Shown here one piece after another: positions 14,165-28,164 of a DNA stretch of 64,000 nt. A program made the translations under genes and the position numbers. Origin of the DNA: Trichoplax adhaerens (taxonomy: Eukaryota; Animalia; Placozoa); NCBI RefSeq assembly GCF_000150275.1, contig NW_002060946.1, positions 3,677,454-3,741,453 of the forward strand, written 5' to 3'. Under the pieces are notes generated by a model. That model saw only the letters and a program-made list of their open reading frames with translations. It ran no database searches and had not been told where the DNA came from. Each line of letters starts with the position of its first letter. The first letter of the stretch is position 1.

Positions 14165-15115
14165 GGTGAGGCTAAAGTGTTGAAAGCAATGGATAAAGTC
14201 TTCTAAAGAGTGTAGAAACGATTTTTAGCCTTTTGAGCAAGGAGTTGATGGCCGAAATAGAAGCAGAGTGCTAGACGATGCGATGACAAAATGCTTTCAC
14301 AGTCAACTGAGCCAGTAGCTGCCGATAGCAGGCTAGAGTAGAGTTTTCGCTGTCACGTTAGCGTATGCAATCTCCTTACAGTATAGGAAAAGCTCTTTCC
14401 AGCATGGGGCTTCTGACGTACAGAAACTGGACTGCTGAGCGCAGTCTCACTGGTCGCTACTGTACTACAGTATTATCCTACAGTACTGGACGTAACTTGG
14501 TACTGTAAGGTACAGTACCAAGTCTAGGACAAGCTTGCAGGAGGATACTCAAGAAAGAGGGGGTGGACGGATAGACAGAAATCCCTTGAACGGTCACAAA
14601 ATCAGGCTGACTATTTTACTGGTCATTTCAAGTGTATCGCATGTCTGCCATTGTACACTATACTGTCGAAGAGCATCCTCGAGATTGATTTCATCATGGA
14701 CCACAGTGGTGTAAATGTCGGAAGTCATTGGTTTCGTTCGGTTTGGCTTGCACTTTCTATCATAGAAAGAAAGTTCATCTCTTCAATTTTTGCCTTGAAC
14801 GGCCATTTCTCGTCTCTTTTTACTTTCTAGTAGATCCTGATGACATGATCAGGGACTAATAGAGAGCGGGACGGTAAATAATCGTTGAGTAGAGTAGGAA
14901 AAAGGACGATTATTACCTTATAGAACACTATACTGTACGTCTAACATCATACAGTATACTATGATTGCACCAACTGTCGCATTTAGCTGGGCTTGGTTCG
15001 ATCGTGGTGCCTTTACTACAGTACTCAGTACTGTAGACTGTAGACGCTTTCCGTATACTGTACTGTACACTCTGATTAATTTCGATCTAGATCATACCTA
15101 GATAAATCGGTGCAG

Positions 15116-15710
15116 AATTTAATTTAATGCGTAATTTTGATAACAAAATCCATACAATTTTATATGAGAGGATCTCTATCTATTGATATCAATTTTACTT
15201 AAAATTGATTCATATTTGAGCATTTTATTCCACTTTTCATAATCGAATACAGTACAGTACAGTACAGTATTTCGCGGACTACGACAACGGCTTCTTCCAT
15301 GGCTTGTTTAATTTAATTTAATGCGTAATTTTTATAACAAAATCCATACAATTCCATATGAGTAGATCTCTATCTATTGATATCAATTTTGCTTAAAATT
15401 AATTCATATCTGAGCATTTTATTCCACTTTTCATAATCGAATACAGTACAGTACAGTACAGTATTTCGTGGACTACGAGAACGGCTTCTTCCATGGCTTG
15501 TTTAATTTAATTTAATTTAATGCGTAATTTTTATAACAAAATCCATACAATTTTACATGAGCGAATATCTATCTATTGATATCAGTTTTGCTTAAAATTG
15601 ATTCCTATTTAAGCATTTTATTCCATTTTTCATAATCGAATACAAAATTAATCATGCCGTACAGTTCTGTATAGTGCAGTATTTCACGGACTACGAGAAG
15701 GGCTTCTTCA
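15116..15710. repeat. Tandem repeat, ~194-199-bp unit, 3 copies
   Basis: atgcgtaatttt...acaaaatccatac starts at 15127, 15321 and 15520; units carry (TACAG)n and ggactacga. Confidence 0.92.
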
Positions 15711-17041
15711 GTAAAATCCCTTCTATGTACAGTACAAATACAGTAGTATATAATGCACGTACATTGTACGCGTATCAATACTGAAACTCTATCAAATATA
15801 GATTCACAAAATAGGGATGTGCACTGTACAGGATATGATAATTTTTTCTTCTAGATTTTTGTATATTTCTACAAATATTTATGTACGTGCCGATACCATC
15901 AATTTGGGAAGAACTGATTAGTACAACCGAGTCATGGAATTAAAAATATAAATTATGTAATTCAATTTTATATGCCTATAGAATAAAAAATCAGCTACAT
16001 GGACGCGTATGCTGTAGTATTGAACAAGACTATGTGGTGTGCTAGAGTTCGCATGTTATTCTTCTAACGCAGTCATCACAAGTGCTTTTATTTTATTTAT
16101 AAACTAAAAGAAAGTAGTAACAATATGCCAGATCGATTTCTACAGTATCATCTTATTGCTTGAACAATAACGTTGAAAATATATTATATACTCGTACATA
16201 TCGACAGCGACAAGTCTGTATAGCTCTAATATCTTGTATAATAAAATGATCAAGTTAAAATTACAAATGTGATATTTGATATATGCTATATATATATATA
16301 TATATAGGCTAACACTGTCAATGGCAATCTTTTCTATAGTATGGAAGAAATCTCTTCTGTCGATACATTAACATTATAATCCGATAGAACTCGTACTACA
16401 CTCTAGATCAATGTTAACATAATTCTATGGAATGTTACATCTATCGTATTTACATAATGGATAGTGTTAGCATCAAAACGGTGACAGGCTGTAATCACGT
16501 AAAAAAAAATGACCAATACATCATTTAACTGCTGGAGATATTGCATGACTGGCCGTTAATCATTTGAAAAAATGGTGATCTGTGTCTACGATACACAAAT
16601 TGAACCTCTCATACCAATATTATAGATAGATATTTTGTCATAATAATGAATTAAAATGATAAGGAGCTACCGTATTGACTAAATCGGATAATAAGGTAGG
16701 AATGATCAGCTACTAAAACTGCTGATAGGTAGTGGGTACTTTCAGTGATGAATTAGATACAATCAAAGATTTAGAAATTCGCAATAATGAGAGGTAAAAG
16801 ATTAAGAAGATTATCGTAAAAGCGATTATAGAATTTGCAATAATAATGGCGGATTAATCATATACATAATATCTATTTTTGCTTAACTAGATTTCTACTT
16901 GATATTGTACACATTTATATCATATACAGACTTGCTGTCAAACTCCGCCTAGGTATGTAGGGTGAGGACAGTACTGAGTTATCAGACTATCTTGGATATA
17001 GCAGTAAAATAAAATGAGATAAAATTGTTATCACCAAGGTT

Positions 17042-20000
17042 TTAAAAACTGTTTGCATAGACTGAAATGAGCCACCATGGAATACGAATCCATTCAGGGA
17101 TGTAATCGGCAATTCGTAAATTTTTACATTGGAGAATATACTTTAATGACCGGATACTTATTGGAATTGTTCCTACAATATTATACAAACAATTAGATTT
17201 TCATAGAATACCAATCTTTTTCCAATCTACTTTATGCATTAGAGCACTTTAATAAGTAATAAAAAGCTATCATACGGTTTCAATATAACTCGAATCTATC
17301 ATATAAACTGAAACTAAGCAAGTCTGTTTTGGATTACATTCATAAATAGGAATATACAAGCTTGATATTACGTATTATTCTAAACTTGAAGTAGACACCC
17401 TTTGTTTATACGGCACTTATTCTAACCATTGAAGTACAAATCTAACATGTACAGATACTATAGAATTTTTTCAAATGAATAGATAAGAAAATGTTGTAAA
17501 TTTTAAATTATATAATTTTAACTATAGTCATGAAGTAGAGTGCAAATGAAATAGCGTCACGCTGTCTTTTCTAACTGTATATATTAGTTACGATTAAAGA
17601 GAGATCGTGAACATCCTTGGTGAATGCATCTTAAAACCGATTACACCTCTGTTAACACGATTGGTTATAGTTTAAGAAATAGTAATTCTTCGAAGGATTA
17701 TGCCTCATAGCCTAGCTATTATGATTTTAACTACTAAAGATCCTCTTAAGGTTACTATGATTATAATTGACTGCTCATATTCCATTGATAAAAGAATTAA
17801 TATTATTATTTTAGGAAATCAGCGATTAATTTATTTACAACTAACCATCTACATCGGTAAATCCATACTCTCTAGCCAAATCAGATATATCCAATATTCT
17901 TCCTGATTTATTCAGAATAGTTTCATCTACATCATGCATATAATAAGAGAGACGTTATTTCTTTCATTAATAGAGGCATTTAAATAGAAGCAATTCTAAA
18001 TCAATTTCTTACGTACAACACATTTACATGAATATGGATGCATCTTACGGCATCTGCTATGTTTACCTGTAGCTAAAGCTACAATAGCTCTTCCGGTAAA
18101 TTGAGGATCTTCTTGTTTAATTTTACTAATAATCTGTGTAGAATAGGCGGACATCTTGAATTGAATTCAATTATTAAAGTATAATTTAATTGATATTCAG
18201 CAAAACCTCTTTCAACTCTTTAGTGCAATCTAATGATTTTTCAAAGTGTGCTGTTACTTCGGTTCTTACAATACCAGGCCATATTGATACCATAGCGATG
18301 TTAAATTGCTTTAGATCTCTAGCGCAAGTAGTTGCCATTCTATCCACCTTGAGTAAACATTTCAATTCAATTTTAACATTGAAGTAGTACCGTAGTATAC
18401 TTGAAATTATTGAATTACTTACAGCGGCTTTTCCAATTCCTAATGAAGCATTACAAGCGATATCTAACGCCGCTCCAGATGATACGTTAACAATTAATCC
18501 TTTACTCCTGACAATCATCAACCGAGCTGCATGCCAAGTCGTCGTATAATAACCCCTGTTAATTCCGGCCATAAGAATAGAATAAATCATTCGATAAATG
18601 AACCATTGCTGATCGATTTCAAGATTTCTAAACTTTATCCATATTACTTTAAATAATGATCTCTATATTGCACTGTATGAAGGCCTTTCTACTGATTTAT
18701 TTCATACCGGCAGCAATTGACAATTTTTAAGAACTTTACATTATTAGATATTCTGAGCAAATAAAAAAATGAAAAATTAATACTGTATAATCGCGTCATT
18801 ATTAATGAAAATCTCGCGTTTACGGAATTAATTAATTAGGATTAAGGAGTTTACTATAAAGAATAATGTAGATTATTACTTTTGAAAATAAAAGTTGACT
18901 ATGAGAACTCAAGCTAAAGAAGAAATTTAAGCGATTAAAAAATAATCTAAGCCTCTTCTCCGTATACTACTCTCTACGACTATAAATCAAAGCGATGCCG
19001 TATTAGAGCATCGAGAGGTAATGAATGTATCTACTGTATCTTAATAGAAATACTGTAATTGAAACACAATTTAAATACTTTATAGCTTCTATTTTAAATA
19101 TCGTTTGTGTTTATATGTAATTGGATTTTCGAAACGACGTTTAATCCCTTTAAATATACAGTAGAATAATAAAAATATGCTACTGTGTACAGTAGGATAG
19201 TCTTGGCATAGATGTTTTGAGTGGTTTCGGTGAAAGGTAGGACATTTTTAAGCAAGAGTTATTTCTGTTTAATGATATTATTGCCGTAGATAAAATACTT
19301 TTTAATTAAAGTCACTTTATTGGCTTCTATTAAAACTAATCTCTGCGGATGCTATTGGTAACTGTATAACTGGAGTTTGGTCGTCTATACTTTTACAGTC
19401 GTTACTGTAGCTAAGAATTTAAACAAATTCAAAGTTATTGATATAGTAATTGTAATCTTTCTTTATACATTAATTATCGTATGAATATAAGGAGCTATTC
19501 AATATATAAATAACAAAAGTTGTAATTAACGTTAACATAATAGCCATCAAGGGATTCAACAACGACTATAGTGATGATTCTCATTATACCTTAGTCCGAC
19601 ATCATTGACGTTATCCCATAAGGAAAGTGGCTATATTAAAAATAAAAGAAATGACATCAATTCCATAAGCGTAAACCAAGTTAAATCTGTTCTATGATAA
19701 CTTCATCGAGACGAGAGAGTTAATTTAGTTCATATCCACGTCGATTGTCATTAAATAAATTGTAAATTAATTTAAAAATGCTCTATGTTACTCACTTGTT
19801 CCCAAAATGGAAACAGTAGATTGTCAATGATGGCCTGGAGCAAAAAAAAGTCCATTCAACAAACTTAAATCGATAAATGCTATCCCATTCAATACCGTAT
19901 ACTATTGAACCATTTTCTCTCTGTCGAACGCGCGCTATCATAACTATTTTATATTATATTCTTTCTAATTTTTGAGTTGCAATCGATATTATTGTCTTCA

Positions 20001-21027
20001 TTATAACTTGAATAGGGGCTATGCTTTGCAACTGCAACAACTTATATTATCACGCTAAAAGTGTCAGCTAAAATGGATTAAAAATTTATCCGTTTTTATA
20101 ACTAGATTATCATTATTTTTCTCTCTTATTTAAAACTAAAATAAAATAATCAATTAGATACAATGATATCCTATTAAAGAAATCTAAGCTAACCACTACA
20201 GTGTAACTTGATGTTCAATACAGAGAAAATATCGACAAATCTACTTAAAAGAAGCGGTATGCTATCGTAACTTACGCGAATGCCTGAAAAAGCATTATTC
20301 ACCACAATATCCAGCCTTCCATGTTGCTCTAATGTAATTCGTTCAAATAACCTCTTGACGTCTTCATCTTGACTATGATCACATTTAACGGGATAACAAA
20401 TCCCACCTGCATCGTCAATCGCTTTCGCGGTTTCGCACAGCGATCCGCCAGAACATTCAGGATCTGGATAGAATGTTCGTCCTGATTCATTCAGTTTTAC
20501 GATCAAATAAATGAGAAAATCACGTCTAAATTACAGTCATTACATTATCGATTAAATTTAATTGCTTGATCATCCAATTACTATCAGCGTTATTTTATTA
20601 ATTCCAACTATCAACCTGTAATGTAGACTGTGGCTCCTTCTTGACCAAGTACAATTGCGATACCTTTACCTAGACCACGAGAAGCGCCGGTTACTAGGCA
20701 AACTTTTCCTTTTAATCGCTTTGATCGCTATAAATAAGTCATAAAAGCACTTTTAATCAAGTAGCCACCTTAACAATCTTGATTTTTCAAATAATATTTT
20801 ACAGGCAACATTTTGTTGACTAACGATTACATTAAAAGTGTAGCATAAATCATTTTATTGAAGTACAGTATCAGTAGTAAGTAATTTTTTTCTTTTTTCG
20901 ACGTCAAAAAAGCAAATAATTCATTTTTTCTCTCTCATGCCTTGTAAAATGCGAGATAGTTGTATTATAAGAATAGAAAGAAACTTTCCATACTTACCGT
21001 TGAAGTTCCATTCTGATAAGTAGCCAT
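17042..21027 (-). CDS. DHRS1: DHRS1-like short-chain dehydrogenase, paralogue b (catalytic Tyr replaced by Leu)
   Basis: Exon 1 MATYQNGTST (21027-20998) splices in frame to RSKRLKGKVCLVTGASRGLGKGIA. Also CDHSQDEDV, GRLDIVVNNA, LIVNVSS, NASLGIGKAA, VSIWPGIVRTE, LAREYGFTDVDG; ends WIRIPWWLISVYANSF*. No stop or frameshift seen in the exons read. Confidence 0.88.
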
Positions 21028-23735
21028 GCTGCAATCAATCTTGAAATATCTTTACTACTAAGGGTAATAATATTAAATTTTAACATAACTCTATCTGCCT
21101 TGAAGAGATTGATAATTATAATAGAAAGAGAATAATGACGATAAGGAAAAAATGACTTTACCATAATACGAATCAAATTTTAATCTAACATTAATAAAAA
21201 TAGCTACTATTGTGGCAATTGATTTCCTATTTGGTCTGCATCCTTGTTAAAAGATATGAACAACTAAAATAGATCCTCGATTAACTAGTGCCAACGTGTG
21301 TATGAGTAGTCGTAAGCGTTACTTACTCTTTTTTTTCAAATGATTAATTTTTTTCCCCTATTGGAATGTTAATTATGTTGTCGTCGATAATTACAGTAGA
21401 GATTGAATAATGGAGGAGGAAGATTATTAAATGGGGATGTAATTTTAAATCAATGTCAGCTTTAGAGGAATGATAAAGTAAAATAAAAGTTGGAAATGTG
21501 GTCCAAAGTAGGCAAGCTACATTGTCTCGTAAGCTATTTCTTTTTCTCCGACCTTCTAGGAGCTAAGGATTTAATACTAAAACAGCAGATTTATTTTAGC
21601 CTCATGCAGATCCTAAACAAATGGCTTTTAGTCTTGCATTGAATATTGTCTATTCTTTAGTTAGAGTAAACAAAATGACGAGTGGGGGGAAAGAAATCAA
21701 ACGAGAGACAATTCTTGCTGTGACGTATAGTGCTATCTAAAGCAACTCTTAATATAAAAAATAAATCTATATAGGCCAATAGTTGATTGTTATACGTCCC
21801 ATTTTTTTTTCCCCAAAGCTATAATAAGATAGCAACACCTCTTTAATATGGCTATTGTTAGAATAAATTGTTATTTTTTTAGTCCATGTGATCGCATCTT
21901 TGAATGAAGTCGATGACGATTTAGCGTATTATAGACCGATAATTGCCTTGAACAAATAGAGGATAATCATAAAATTCAATCAATTATAACATTAGGATAG
22001 AGATAGGTTTGGCTAATAGCTGTATTTAATAAGCAGATTTATCTCTCGAGATACGATGATAATACTAAGTGATGTTCAACAAGGTACTTCATTTTACTTG
22101 GTAAATAAATGAGAGTGCCTTCAAATTCAACAACTTGACTTCTAGAATAATTAGCAGCTTAAATAATACAGAATTTTAATTTAAATGCGCAGAATAGAGA
22201 CAATTTTAATACAAGCAATAGAGAGCATCGCCAGCAATTTTTTCTTCACTTAATAAACCTATTAATCCCTTATAGGATTGTCATCGTTTGACGAAAAATT
22301 GCGACTATTTATGTGTTTGTTCTTGTACCAGCACTGTATAATATAGAAGGTAGTGGATAACTTGGTTGGATATACATTCGTTTATAGGTTGTATATGTTT
22401 AAAATTTTCTTATTTTTGATACTTTAATACTATTAGGAAATCTAATCTTTATTGATCATCAATACTACCAATCTAGATTGTGTCTGAATATTAAATATTA
22501 AAGAGGCATCCAATGGCTTACGGTAGAGTAAAAATGAATAAAATTAAATTTATTTACTGGTATTAACCATAATGCAAGCTTAAATTAGTTTAATATCGAT
22601 AGAAGGAGGTAAAATAGATTGAAACGATAAATTGGTTGAACGTTTGAAAATGTAATAGCCAAGGACGAGATTATAGTACAAAATTATTTGTTTCTCATTT
22701 AATGTGTGCATGATGAATATGTAGATCTCTGTCTAAGGCACAATTATCATGGATAGAATTAAGAGAAGGAAATTAGTCCTAGTATTTTTTCCCATCTTAA
22801 CTCTTGAGCATGAAATTAAGCAGCATAGTGTACAGTATAATAATATAAAATATGTGCAGGATAGTAAAATAAATCTGATGAGGAAACGTTAAGATATAAT
22901 ACTGTACAGCGTACATAGATTGCATAAATTGTTGTACGAAAGCACAAGGTAAAACACCAAAGTAGACAAGTTAATACCATAAATGGATTGTATTAGTTAC
23001 TTTAAAGTATTGCTATGTTGTAAAATTTATGGATAGTTTGTCAGGAATCTCTCTATTGTATTAAAGAAGTTGTTAATTATATCTATCATAAAGGAGTCCT
23101 ATTGCATAAAAATTTCCTTATCGTCCTGAAAAAATGTGTATAGAGTCAGGTGGCAGCCTCGATGCCAATATAGGTTGCCTTTAAGATTGATTTCAAGTGA
23201 TACGGCCGGTATAAGGCATCCATTAAATGAAGGACAGTTACGTTTGCATTATTACATATTTACAGATGTTCATTTTCTAAAATGGCCATAATAAAATTTA
23301 TTGGTAAAAATGTAGAGCGAAGGGTAAAATATCTTGCTACTGCTTCCATTGAATAGTAAGCTAATACCGTTGTAGAGTAGAGTAGAGAATATCAACTATG
23401 TCATTTCGGTATCATGATAGATAACATCAACCCCATTTTGCAAAATGATCCCGCTCTCTATGACTTATCTAACGCTAAGAATGATATTAAGAACATTGAT
23501 CGCAATTTTATTATGATAACAAGTTGAACATAATATATGATGGTGTAAGAGAGAAGCTATCAGATACAAATACTGGCATATCTTTATTCTATACTGAATT
23601 ACGAGCTATACTATATACCATAAACTCTTGGTATTTTGATTATATTTTATGTACTTTGCTAACATCTGTTCTAATATACTTTATACTATACAGCAGTTAA
23701 CTAAGAATAATATCAAAGAAATGGAGGGTCGACTT

Positions 23736-26535
23736 TTAAAACTTGTGCGTTGTAGCTGCAATAACCCACCATGGTAGCCGAATCCATCCTGGTACAATAG
23801 GTGCCAGATTTGATCCAGAGAATTTTAGCATATCTTTCACACTACGAATGTTGGAGGGACGATTTCCTGCAAAAAATATCATTTCATTATAGTTTTAGGT
23901 CAATTTAATTCAATTTCAAAGTAACAGTTGGTCGATATGTAAAGGTGAAACTTTACCAGAAATATCAGTAAACCCATATTCGGTTGATAAGTCAGCAGTG
24001 GTTACTATCTTTCCGGTTTTTTTCATAATATTAGGATCTTAAAATAAATTATGACATTCGATTCTTATTAAGACAAAATCGTAAAATATCGTTCTCATTT
24101 GTAACAGCTGAAGATAAAATCTTAAGTTTCAATCTAAGAAACTACGATGCATTGTATATTAGTACTCGTATAGTCAACTATTTGCGATTAACTCAGTTTG
24201 TAAGTTACCATTTGCCATAGCCACCACTGCTTTTCCGCTAAATGTTGGATCTTCTGCATCGCTGAATATCGATTTCATCTAATCATATAAGCAAACGAAT
24301 CGTATATCAAGGCCACGTACATAATGAAATTTAAATGTTAAAAATTGTATGATTAATCGATAAGTACAACTATATGCTATGCTAATAGACCTCGTCTCGC
24401 TCATTCAAGTTTTTAGATACATATTCAGTTTTAACAGGGCCGGGCCATAAAGACACCATGGCAACATTAGATTTTTTTAACTCGTAACCACAGTCTGCAG
24501 CCATTCTATCCACCTATGGGAAATGATTTATGGTTGGTGCATGATAAAAGGTGATAACAATGGCTTGTTACTGCTTTTCATGTTATTACTTGTATCAAAA
24601 CTTGGCAATTAACACTATTCGACATACCCCAGCTTTTCCAATACCATAAGCAACATTAAAGAGGTATCGTAAACCTCCAGCCGAGGAAATGTTAACGATT
24701 AAACCTTGTTTACGAGGAACCATTAACCTTGAGGCATGACATGTTGCGATATAGTGGGCTCTGAGAATTTATGCAAGATAAATGTTAGAAGGATCCCTTT
24801 AAACAAAAGTAACTTAAATCAATTATGATATTGTAAGGTATTCATAGTATACCTCAAACCAACTCCATTAATAGTATCCCACATGTTGTCGGGCTGTAGG
24901 ATACAGATAATTGTTAAAGATTTTCAAGATAACTGAAGCATATCGATAAAAAAAAGTAATAACCTGTTCCCAAAACTTCTTTTGGGAGTTGTCAAAGATA
25001 GCCTACGTAGCATAAGAGAGAAAACGTATGTGATTAAATTAATTAAACGATAAAAGTTGTAAAATCTTTCAAATGATGACTAAAAGTCTGTAAATAATCA
25101 TCTTAGGAAGTACGATTGCAGTAATTACATCAGTGATAAATTTACGATAGTTTACATCAATACGCTTACGTAGACTTTAAGTTATTCTATTTATCGGATG
25201 TAAGTTATAAGAAATTAAAAAAAGAATCGTATAAATTTGGTCCTCCTACAGGGATATCCTTGCGAAATATCATTGCATACTAGTATTTTGAAGTCGGTAT
25301 AATAAGTCTTAAAAGCAGTTTACCTTCAAGAACTATATGACTATAATAAATATATAGTGTCAATGGTAAGGACTTCAATTGATCTCAACGTGATTATTCT
25401 AGATTGATCTATGATTATATTATATATGTATCTTTGACGAGTATGGCTACGTATGAACACTTGAGGTCAACATGACAGAAGGCGGTAGTGAAATTTCGAA
25501 TTTTATCCTCATGTCAATTGTTTGTTTTTGTCATGTTTTTAGCCTAACGTCTAAGTACAATCGCCATAATCACCTGGACTCCAGCGTATGCATTATTGAC
25601 CAAGATATCTAATCGACCATCTTGTTCTTTTGCAATAGTTGCAAATAATTTGGCAATATCTTCATCTTTAGAGTGATCACACTGGATAGGAATACCTTTA
25701 CCACCAGCTGCATCAATTTCCTGGGCAGTTTCTTTTAATGATCCAGATAAGCCTGGCTTGGCTTCAAGAGTACGTCCTAAGAATGTCAATAATTAACAGA
25801 GAATCTATTTCATTTTTGACGCCTAATTTTGCTATTTGGAGGGGGCAATTCCTCAAGCTGCCAAGGAATTCAAGTCGTTCTTACGATATCTCTGTAAATT
25901 ATAATACTTGAATGAATTTTTTCTGTCGATGCTGCACTGGCTAACTGACGTTCAACTTGCTGTAGAATATATGTACTACACTAGATTGGTCTATTATTCC
26001 ATCCGATAATGCTGCTGATCCTATCATCATAGACTTGTATGGTCCCATCAGCAGGATTATGTGCCTATTTACAATAAGTACGCTATCTATACTTCGTCAA
26101 CAACGCATTAATTCATTCTATTCTTGATCTGATATTGAAATGGGAAAATTTGCATTTACAGTATGAAGCGTACGCGTATTCGTTATTTGCAATCAATCTC
26201 TTGAAAGTGCATCTCATATCGATATTCTCTTTGATGAAGGAAAGTAGAACATAGATATGGCTTTAAGGGATGTTGATTTAGATTTATTCGATATGATAAC
26301 GTCTCGATCATTTTCATCGCTTAGCGATGGAATGCGTCATCGAGATTTGAATCAGGATAGTAAAATAGAATGGAACTGTTGTAGAGTGTAAGCTGGAAGA
26401 TTGTTGGGAGAATAGGAATCGCTTACCTGTAATATAAACCGTAGCACCCTCTTCGCCAAGTATGACAGCGATACCTTTGCCAATTCCTCGCGTTGCTCCA
26501 GTAACTAAGCAAACTTTACCTTGAAGGCTGGACAT
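23736..26535 (-). CDS. DHRS1: DHRS1 short-chain dehydrogenase/reductase, paralogue a (canonical)
   Basis: MSSLQGKVCLVTGATRGIGKGIA, CDHSKDEDI, GRLDILVNNAYAGV, IVNISSAGGLRYLFNVAYGIGKAG (YxxxK intact), VSLWPGPVKTE; ends RLPWWVIAATTHKF*. Confidence 0.93.
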
Positions 26536-28164
26536 TTTGACCTACATAGGTATTAAAACAAGTAATGAGATCGATGACTTTTTTACCTGCAGCTGTACAT
26601 CATCACGTATTGATGAAACGCTTTTCTTTTCGTCGTCCTTATGCCTCTATTCTGCTGCGTAAGCTATTATGACGACGAAGCTGTGATCAACTTATTCATG
26701 CATCTATTACAACTGATGGAAAGTACTTACAGATCGGAAAACTATTAATGCGGTTGATTGGAGAAGAAGTTGCTGCTCGCCGGAATAGTAATGGCACTCC
26801 TTCCACTGGTGAGGATAAGAATGGTATGAGTGGATTCTGACCCAGTTGAATGAGTAATATAGAGAATGTGCTGCATCATGTCATGGATGTTAAGATATAC
26901 TACTAGAACAATATCACTTTCCTTATACGGTATCCAAGTAGCTCGTCTAAAATCCAATACAGTATGACAAATGAGCAAGCTCGATGTGTAAACACATTTC
27001 CAAGAGGTCAAGAGGCGAGAGGTTAAAGATGGCCCCTGGTAAACTTGTATAAATTCCATATTAACTTAACTTAATGAAACACTTTCCAGTCTGATTCTAC
27101 CGCTTTGAGTGATTTTGACCTTTTAGCTTAAAACTACTTCCAAACGAACCGTCTTTGAATAACGCACAAGATGGACGTTATCCTGTCGTTCTAGCACTAT
27201 CCATGAATCTTTGACACGCTTTGAAAGGTTCAAAATCGCTCCATTTTTGAAAAAATTGCTTGTTAAAGATAGTTGCTCAGCATGATAAGAGGCTAAGAGC
27301 GTATACTAGAGATCTTTCTCTCCAAGGCTTCTAGCCTACACTTGCTATAGCCTTGCACAAATGTCAAGTTGTGATCAGATACAATCAGTTGCAAGTCCAT
27401 TGCATACAAAAGTATATCGAATTGTTGATGCATAATTTGTGGATCGCTATTCTGATCCTTAATTGGTTTACGCCGTCGATCTGAACGGCATTTGGTCTAT
27501 CCTATACTGTATCAGGACAGTAAACAAGTACTATACTTTCCCAACCTGATTAATTCAAATTAAATTAAAAATAGATAGCTCACATAAATGGACAGTAATT
27601 TAGGACATTGATGGAAAGGATTGGACCATTCAAGAGCGAGTTTCCGCTCATGGATAGATGATCAATAACGCTTGTATAAAATGCTAGGAAATAGGAAAAG
27701 TTGACTATTGCCAGAGACACCGCTGTTAACATACTGCATGCAGTAGATAGTCAGTATAAAAATAAAAAAAATAATAATAATGTCGACACTCGATGAGTTC
27801 TGTAGAAGTTGTCTTCTATGTCAACGTAGTCAAGTCATCGACATGGAAAGTCCCAAGCTCCGCTGTGCAAAATAAACTGTCAGCTTGTATCCCTTTCTGA
27901 CTCACTTATTTTTATGGTATTTTACTGCATATCATGCTATTCAAGAAAAGTAAGAATGACAATTGATTTGCACAGAGATGTTTCATTCAATCAAAGCAGG
28001 TCCGATTGCTCGTGTCGACAATTTAAATTGCAGAAATCAGTGATTAAAGTAAAACATGGGCTCTGTTCTCTAGTAATGCATCAATATATCTCATACTAAT
28101 GCACACTGTGGATGGGAAAATCAAGGACGACAGTTTATTTTTGCACAGGGATATTTCATCGGAT

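Noticed and set aside
26745-27059. 104-aa ORF upstream of DHRS1a
   Set aside because: No recognisable domain or splice partners; probably promoter or UTR sequence.
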